Origin: Octopus sinensis
Taxonomy: Eukaryota
Length of the DNA stretch: 25,604 nt
Assembly: GCF_006345805.1 (NCBI RefSeq)
Contig: NW_021836030.1
Span: 1 to 25,604, forward strand
Direction: 5' to 3'
Positions within the stretch are counted from its first letter, which is position 1; each line of letters opens with the position of its first letter. The notes beneath the pieces were generated by a model. The model saw only the letters and a list, made by a program, of their open reading frames with translations. It was not told the DNA's origin and made no database searches. Both the position numbers and the translations under genes were made by a program. Positions 20,331-25,604 of the stretch are shown here, one piece after another.

Positions 20331-21900
20331 TGTTTATTTATTAGCCACACAGGGCTGCACACAGACGGGACAGATTACAAAGTAGAGCTTTTCTTTTTGG
20401 GGAGAGAAAAAAAAGGGTGGGTTAGGTTTTCGATCAAAAGGGATTGTAAAAGGGAAAGAAGAAAAGAAAAAAAAGGGAAAAACGATCAATAGGGATCGTG
20501 TATCACAGTATCATGGTGTAAAGTGTAAAGGGAGAAGCAGATAAGGTTTATCCGCAGGAAGAAAAGCCTACGGAAAAGACCACGGTAACCTCGGTCAATG
20601 ATGTTACATGTTACCACACTTGTTTGCAAGTGGGTAACCCTCTGTTTCCAATTTCCGGGTTCATAGGATTATGCTCAAGGTGGCTTCGTCATTCAAACGT
20701 GCCATCCTTGCTACATTCACCCATCTTTTTTTTAAACATTCGCTAGACAAATCTTGCCTCTCTACTCTCACTTTCCTTTTCAAGTGGTACTTGAAGAAGT
20801 TGATGAGAGATTGACCAGAGAGGAAAGTGTTTGTCTCCAATCCTTTCAGACGCGTCCACCAGACACATTCTTTCGCCATAGCCACAAGGATGATGAAGAT
20901 AGCTCTTCCTTCCCGTTTGAAGGAAGGAGGCGTGACAATAGTGACGATAGACTCGGCTGCTGATAAACCGACACGTCCCACACGTGACAGCAGTCGTTCG
21001 ACATAAGCCCACAGGTCGGAAATTGTTGGACACTGCACGAGTGCGTGCAGAACGGTTTCGTCGCTCTGCTCGCATCTCGGGCAGGACGGACCCGTGTTTC
21101 TGGAGCCGTGTCTGTAGAGCTTATTCCGAACGGGTAGCGCTTCTCGGTAGCACTGCCAGGCCAAGGATCTCTGGAAGATGTCCATCTGCCCTGGCCCGAA
21201 AGTCGTCCTGAACAGGCGGGTCAGGTATTTCTCGTCGACGCCCAGTTTCACCCCAAGCTCGTCATCGTACCTCCCCTCCACTAATCCCCTATCGAATGCT
21301 TTGGTTGTGTTGAAGTCACTCAAGGTCGACCCGGGACGGCATAGTTACTTGAGAACAACGCGACATTCGCAGTGCCATTCGCCCTTCCTTTCCAAAAAAA
21401 GCGAAAGAGAATGCGTTCTAGTTTGGTGATGGTAGGGTTGGGACAAGGCACGACGGTCAGGCGGTAGTAGATGACGGACGCGATGTACGAGTTCGCCACC
21501 TCCGCCCGACCTTTTAGGGACAGTTTCCTCTCGGATCATTGCCGGGCGAGAGTGACCACTCTACTCGTTATCTCTTTCCAGTTTTTCTCCATTTGGAGGT
21601 CCGGACCAAACCAGACCCCGAGCAACTCGACCAGACCGTCGGTCCAGCGTCCCACGACGGATGTGCTGGTGTACGGCATGGGCTTGCTTCTCCAGGTGCC
21701 GAGTCGCAATCTCACTGATTTTTCCTGGTTGATTTTCGCTCCTGTCACCGCCTCGTAGTTTTCAGTGTCTCGCCGACCAGCTCGATATGCTCGTGGCTAG
21801 ACACTATGACGGTGACGTCATCCGCGTATGCAGACACGCTCGTCCCGCATCCAAATTCTCGCGATATGCCCCTCAAATTTGCCAACTTCTGCAATAATGG
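20331..21900 (-). mobile_element. L1/Tx1-clade LINE copy B (RT YADD to C-terminus, full 3' UTR), 5'-truncated, internal deletion
   Basis: SVSAYADDVTVIV, GAKINQEKSV, LLGVWFGPDLQMEKNW, FQRSLAWQCYREALPVR, CPRCEQSDETVLHALVQC; stop at 20661; T-rich UTR with AATAAA then (TATC)n. Lacks about 220 bp present in copy A (about 8035-8255). Confidence 0.95.
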
Positions 21901-21969
21901 CCTTATATACCTATAAATGTGTGTGTGAGAGTGTGTGTGTATGTATGTATAAACTACATACATGGGTAC

Positions 21970-22015
21970 GTTATGGGTACGTAAACACACCAGCATCGGT
22001 GGTCAAGTGATGTTG
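21970..22015 (-). mobile_element. SINE family B small fragment
   Basis: ACGTAAACACACCAGCATCGGTGGTCAAG is the reverse complement of 22607-22635. Confidence 0.75.
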
Positions 22016-22185
22016 GAGAAATTGTATATAATGGAGAAATTGTACAAAATGTATAAATAGATGATGAGTAAAGCACCGGCAAAGTTTCGATTCCCTGTTG
22101 TTATCCGTAGATTTACTGCAGGGACTTCGTAGAGGCGGTTGGGTTAACAGTATTAATAAAATAGGAGATGGAATATGTAATAGAC

Positions 22186-22250
22186 TTTATTGGGTGCAAC
22201 ACATGTTTCGACCCTCTCTGCGTCTCAATAAAAATCTCATTAGATATTCT
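22186..22250 (-). mobile_element. Possible Penelope pseudo-LTR end with decayed minimal hammerhead
   Basis: Minus strand: CTAATGAG...GGTCGAAACATGT..(9 nt)..AATAAA. The CTGATGAG/CGAAACATGT/AATAAA order is typical of PLE pLTRs, but the core and stems are mutated. Confidence 0.45.
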
Positions 22251-22369
22251 TGAGTTGACTTACGTACCATCAATTCGAGAATGAGTAAAATCAAGGAAAA
22301 TTTACTGAAATGCAAAAAATTCAAATATGAACGTGGAAAGTATACTATGTATACTATATATACTATAAT

Positions 22370-22776
22370 ATAGGCGCAGGAATGGCTGTGTGGTAAGTAG
22401 CTTGCTAACCAACCACATGGTTCTGGGTTCTGTGTTCATCCCACTGCGTGGCATCTTGGGCAAGTGTCTTGTGCTATAGCCCCGGGCCGATCAATGCCTT
22501 GTGAGTGGATTTGGTAGACGGAAACTGAAAAGAAGCCTGTCGTATATATGTATATATATATGTATGTGTGTGTTTGTGTGTCTGTGTTTGTCCCCCTAGC
22601 ATTGTTTGACAACCGATGCTGGTGTGTTTACGTCCCCATCACTTAGCGGTTCGGCAATAGAGAGCGATAGAATAAGTACTGGGCTTACAAAGAATAAGTC
22701 CCGGAGTCTATTTGCTCGACTAAAGGCGGTGCTCTAGCATGGCCGCAGTCAAATGACTGAAACAAGTAAAAGAGAG
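22370..22776 (+). mobile_element. Full-length tRNA-derived SINE family B
   Basis: Head TGGCTGTGTGGTAAG (A-box) and GGGTTC..CCCACT (B-box region), central CTTGGGCAAGTGTCTT, internal (TA)/(TG) microsatellite, 3' stem-loop CAGTCAAATGACTG and A-rich end; six partial copies elsewhere in the window. Confidence 0.92.
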
Positions 22777-22786
22777 TATGTATATG

Positions 22787-23433
22787 TCCAGAGAACAAGC
22801 TGTCATCATTCCCCTTCTCTCCTCCTTTGTATGGCTACACCTTGAATACTACTGTCCACTGTGGTCTCCCCATACAAAACAAAATATCTCGAAAATTGAA
22901 TCATCCCAGAGGTCATTCACTAAATGAATTAAGGGCATAACTGATCTCGATTACTGGGACCGCCTTAACGCATTGAAACTCTACTCTCTCCAGCGCTGCC
23001 TCGAGCGGTATATCATTTGCACGATGTGGAGAATAAACCGCCAGCATTGTGCAAACGACCTGAACATTAGCTTCAAAATTCATCCAAGGCTAGGACCACG
23101 GGCCATACGTCCCCTACCCAGTTCAGGATCACAACACATAAATACACTACGACACAATTTCTTTTACACAACAGGCCCTTCCCTATTTAACATTGTCCCA
23201 GATGAAAGAGGAAAAGGATCCCATCACCTATAAATGGCATGTGGACAAATTTCTTCACGGAATACCAGATAAGCCACCTATGCCTGGGTACAATTTACTC
23301 AACAAGAACTTGAATGGACCATGATACCACAAAACTGAACTTAAAAAGGATTTAGATAATCCTATCCATTGGTGCTTTTAAGTTAGACATGGCCTGGACC
23401 AATCTTTAGTCCAAACATATCTAAGTTTTCCAA
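22787..23433 (+). mobile_element. CR1/L2-group LINE 3' fragment (post-RT region plus 3' UTR)
   Basis: LHLEYYCPLWSPH...KIESSQRSFTK*I...LDYWDRLNALKLYSLQRCLERY...GPSLFNIVP, then DKFLHGIPDKPPMPGY; ends in (TA)n. Confidence 0.85.
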
Positions 23434-23475
<42 letters not shown>

Positions 23476-23535
23476 ATATATACATATATACATGTTTGTA
23501 TGTATGTATTTGTATGAATGTATATATAAATATAA
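23434..23535. repeat. (TA)n/(TG)n/(TATG)n microsatellite
   Basis: Direct inspection. Confidence 0.95.
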
Positions 23536-24309
23536 ACATTAAACTTTGTTCTATTCCTATAGTTAGCCTAAACTTTAGGCTCTGGTGTACACATTGTCAC
23601 ACTGAGTCATGGAATAAACATTCGGTTTCTATTTTTAACAACACGGCTTTTTGATTCTTTTATTTTAATTTTATTTCTGTTTTATGTATTATTTATCTTC
23701 GCATTTATTTATTTAATATTTTCTTTCGCAGGGTAGGGACATTCCTCGTGGTGTTTGTTATACCAATCTCATCATGGTGATCTTTTACTAAATCTCACAA
23801 CACAAGATTTTTAATTTGCATCATTTTTTTATTTCGTTCTTTTCTGCTTTTCCCCCTCCGGCTTCATTCTGTCATTTTGGATAATCTTTCTTTTCCCCCG
23901 TCCCCACATTCCTCTCTCAACTATAACCACCACAACCACCACCACCACTTCCAACCTCCCTGATTATCAGAGGTACTGATTGTTCTTTGGTGCCAAATCC
24001 TGTTGATCTCTGCAGCTGATATTTTGTCATTCTGGACTGTTTTGTTTTCTGCTAATTGGTTTTGTTGTTGTAGTTATTGTTGTTGTTTTGTTGGATATGT
24101 TTTATGTGTTACTTTTTTTTATTATATATTCTTCTCGGTGGCCTTTTAATTCCTTGCGCTATATTTCTCTGGTAATTTTTTTTCTCTTCTTTTGTTATTA
24201 TTTGCGCTTCTGTTAGGGTGTCTATTTAACGAATTACACAATCCTATTTGGGATTGTCACTGGCTTTAAAAATTGACAAATCTACAAAGATCTGTCACAA
24301 TTAAACCAC

Positions 24310-24520
24310 ACGCGCTTACGCTGCACGTGTGTGTATGCGTGTGCGTGTACAACGTATACATACATACATACATACATACATACATACATACATGTACGTA
24401 TACATACATACATGTACGTATACATACACACTCAAACAGACATATATATATGCGTGTGGTGTGTGCGTGTATGTGTGTGTGTGAGTGTGTGTGTGTATGA
24501 GTGTGTGTGTGCGTACGTGT
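24310..24520. repeat. Compound (GT)n/(CATA)n microsatellite
   Basis: Direct inspection. Confidence 0.93.
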
Positions 24521-24837
24521 AATTATTAATGGTAGTACTCACTGCCTACTTTCAAGTTTCGCTTACAGTGGCTTCTTAAAACTGTTTTGTGAAGCCAGTA
24601 TCAGTTCAGTGTGTCTAGGTGAGTTGTGTAAGTGCTAATGTGATGTGTGTATGTGTGTATTTGTGTGTTAATGGGTGGGGGTGAGTGTGTGCGTGTGTGT
24701 GCGAAATGAAATTGAATTTGAAGAGGAAAACAAAGAGTGGACTTGATAATTTTCGATGGCTCGATGACCATGGAACAAGAACTATTTTGAACTTATATCT
24801 TATTGTGGAGCGGCGAGAAAATCAGAAAAGCCGTAAC

Positions 24838-24975
24838 ATTGGCGGCGGAGGCAGTGGCGGAGGTCGTGGCGGAAGCGGTGGAGGCGGTAGCGGTGGTGGA
24901 GGCGGCGGCAGATACTACGGTGGAGACTGCAGCAGCAGAGATAGTGGAGGTGGTGGTTTTGGTAGTGTTGGAGAG
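24838..24975. repeat. Degenerate (GGC/GGT/GGA)n trinucleotide tract
   Basis: Direct inspection; reads as poly-Gly in one frame. Confidence 0.8.
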
Positions 24976-25308
24976 TAGAATGATTATTTGCTACGTTATG
25001 TGGAGGTAAAAAACCAAGAAAAGGTATTCAATTCGGAGGTGGAAATGCGTTTGAAAAAAAGAGAAACAGAAGATACTTTTGTCGTTCTCATTAAATAAAA
25101 CTGTAAAAAGTTGACTGCAAAATAAATAAATAAACGCGACGAGATTGAGGCAAGGATAATGTCAAAGTTGTCGCCATACATTGATTTTGTTTATATCAGT
25201 TATTTTTGTAGTAGTAGTTGTTGTTGATTAAACACAAATCCTCACAACGGAACCGATCTGTGATTACAAGAATTTCAGCCGTGGCCGTCCACACCCATTT
25301 TCAAATAG

Positions 25309-25485
25309 CAGGCGCGAGCGTGGCTATATGGTAATTATATGGTAATTTTAATCTGCTTCCAGACTACTGCATGTTATCATGGGCAAGTGTTCTCTTTCAA
25401 AACCATGTACCGAGCCAGGCCGACCCAAGTACCGGCTAGGCTTGTGAGTAGATTCGGTACACGGAAACTAAAAGAAGCCCGTCAC
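25309..25485 (+). mobile_element. SINE family B, degenerate and rearranged 5' half
   Basis: AGGCGCGAGCGTGGCTATATGGTAA...GGGCAAGTGT...GGCCGACC...CTTGTGAGTAGATTCGGTACACGGAAACTAAAAGAAGCCCGTC. Confidence 0.78.
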
Positions 25486-25527
25486 ACACATATATGTGTA
25501 TGCAACAACATATTATTTTCTTTTCTG

Positions 25528-25529
<2 letters not shown>

Positions 25530-25580
<51 letters not shown>
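25530..25580. repeat. (TA)n/(CA)n microsatellite
   Basis: Direct inspection. Confidence 0.95.
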
Positions 25581-25582
<2 letters not shown>

Positions 25583-25604
25583 TATATCCACGGTAACTGC
25601 AGTG

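Noticed and set aside
20661-21323. 220-aa open frame with an intact CCHC motif as a possible domesticated gene
   Set aside because: It is the C-terminus of Tx1 ORF2; upstream parts are frameshifted and deleted, and the retroelement 3' UTR and tail are intact.
24685-24978. Gly-rich ORF (GGGGSGGGRGG...RYYGG) resembling an RGG/glycine-rich protein tail
   Set aside because: Explained by a degenerate GGN microsatellite; no clear splice acceptor, no ATG-supported context and no non-repetitive domain.

Overview
Repeat-saturated, AT-rich eukaryotic DNA with no convincing host protein-coding gene; it looks intergenic or intronic. The SINE families and microsatellite style resemble Octopus (coleoid cephalopod) DNA as I recall it; this is an inference, not a database result. 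1-6.8 kb is a chain of five same-strand R4/Dong-clade LINE fragments and two tRNA-SINEs separated by (TTA)n/(TAA)n tracts. The rest holds two decayed L1/Tx1 LINEs (6.8-9.1 kb +, 20.3-21.9 kb -), a CR1-like 3' fragment, a mariner transposase relic, a Tc1-type hairpin MITE, stacked Helitron ends, several SINEs and many micro/minisatellites. The standout is 16544-17430, which the ORF track does not explain. A non-coding unit of about 430 bp occurs twice, head-to-head, each copy slightly longer than one unit and in a different circular permutation. Each copy carries a complete type I hammerhead ribozyme (+ 17185-17255, - 16606-16676). This looks like a retrozyme-like element copied from a circular RNA. 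Possible Penelope-like relics (GIY-YIG motif; decayed minimal hammerhead) lie elsewhere in the window. All coordinates and alignments were done by eye.
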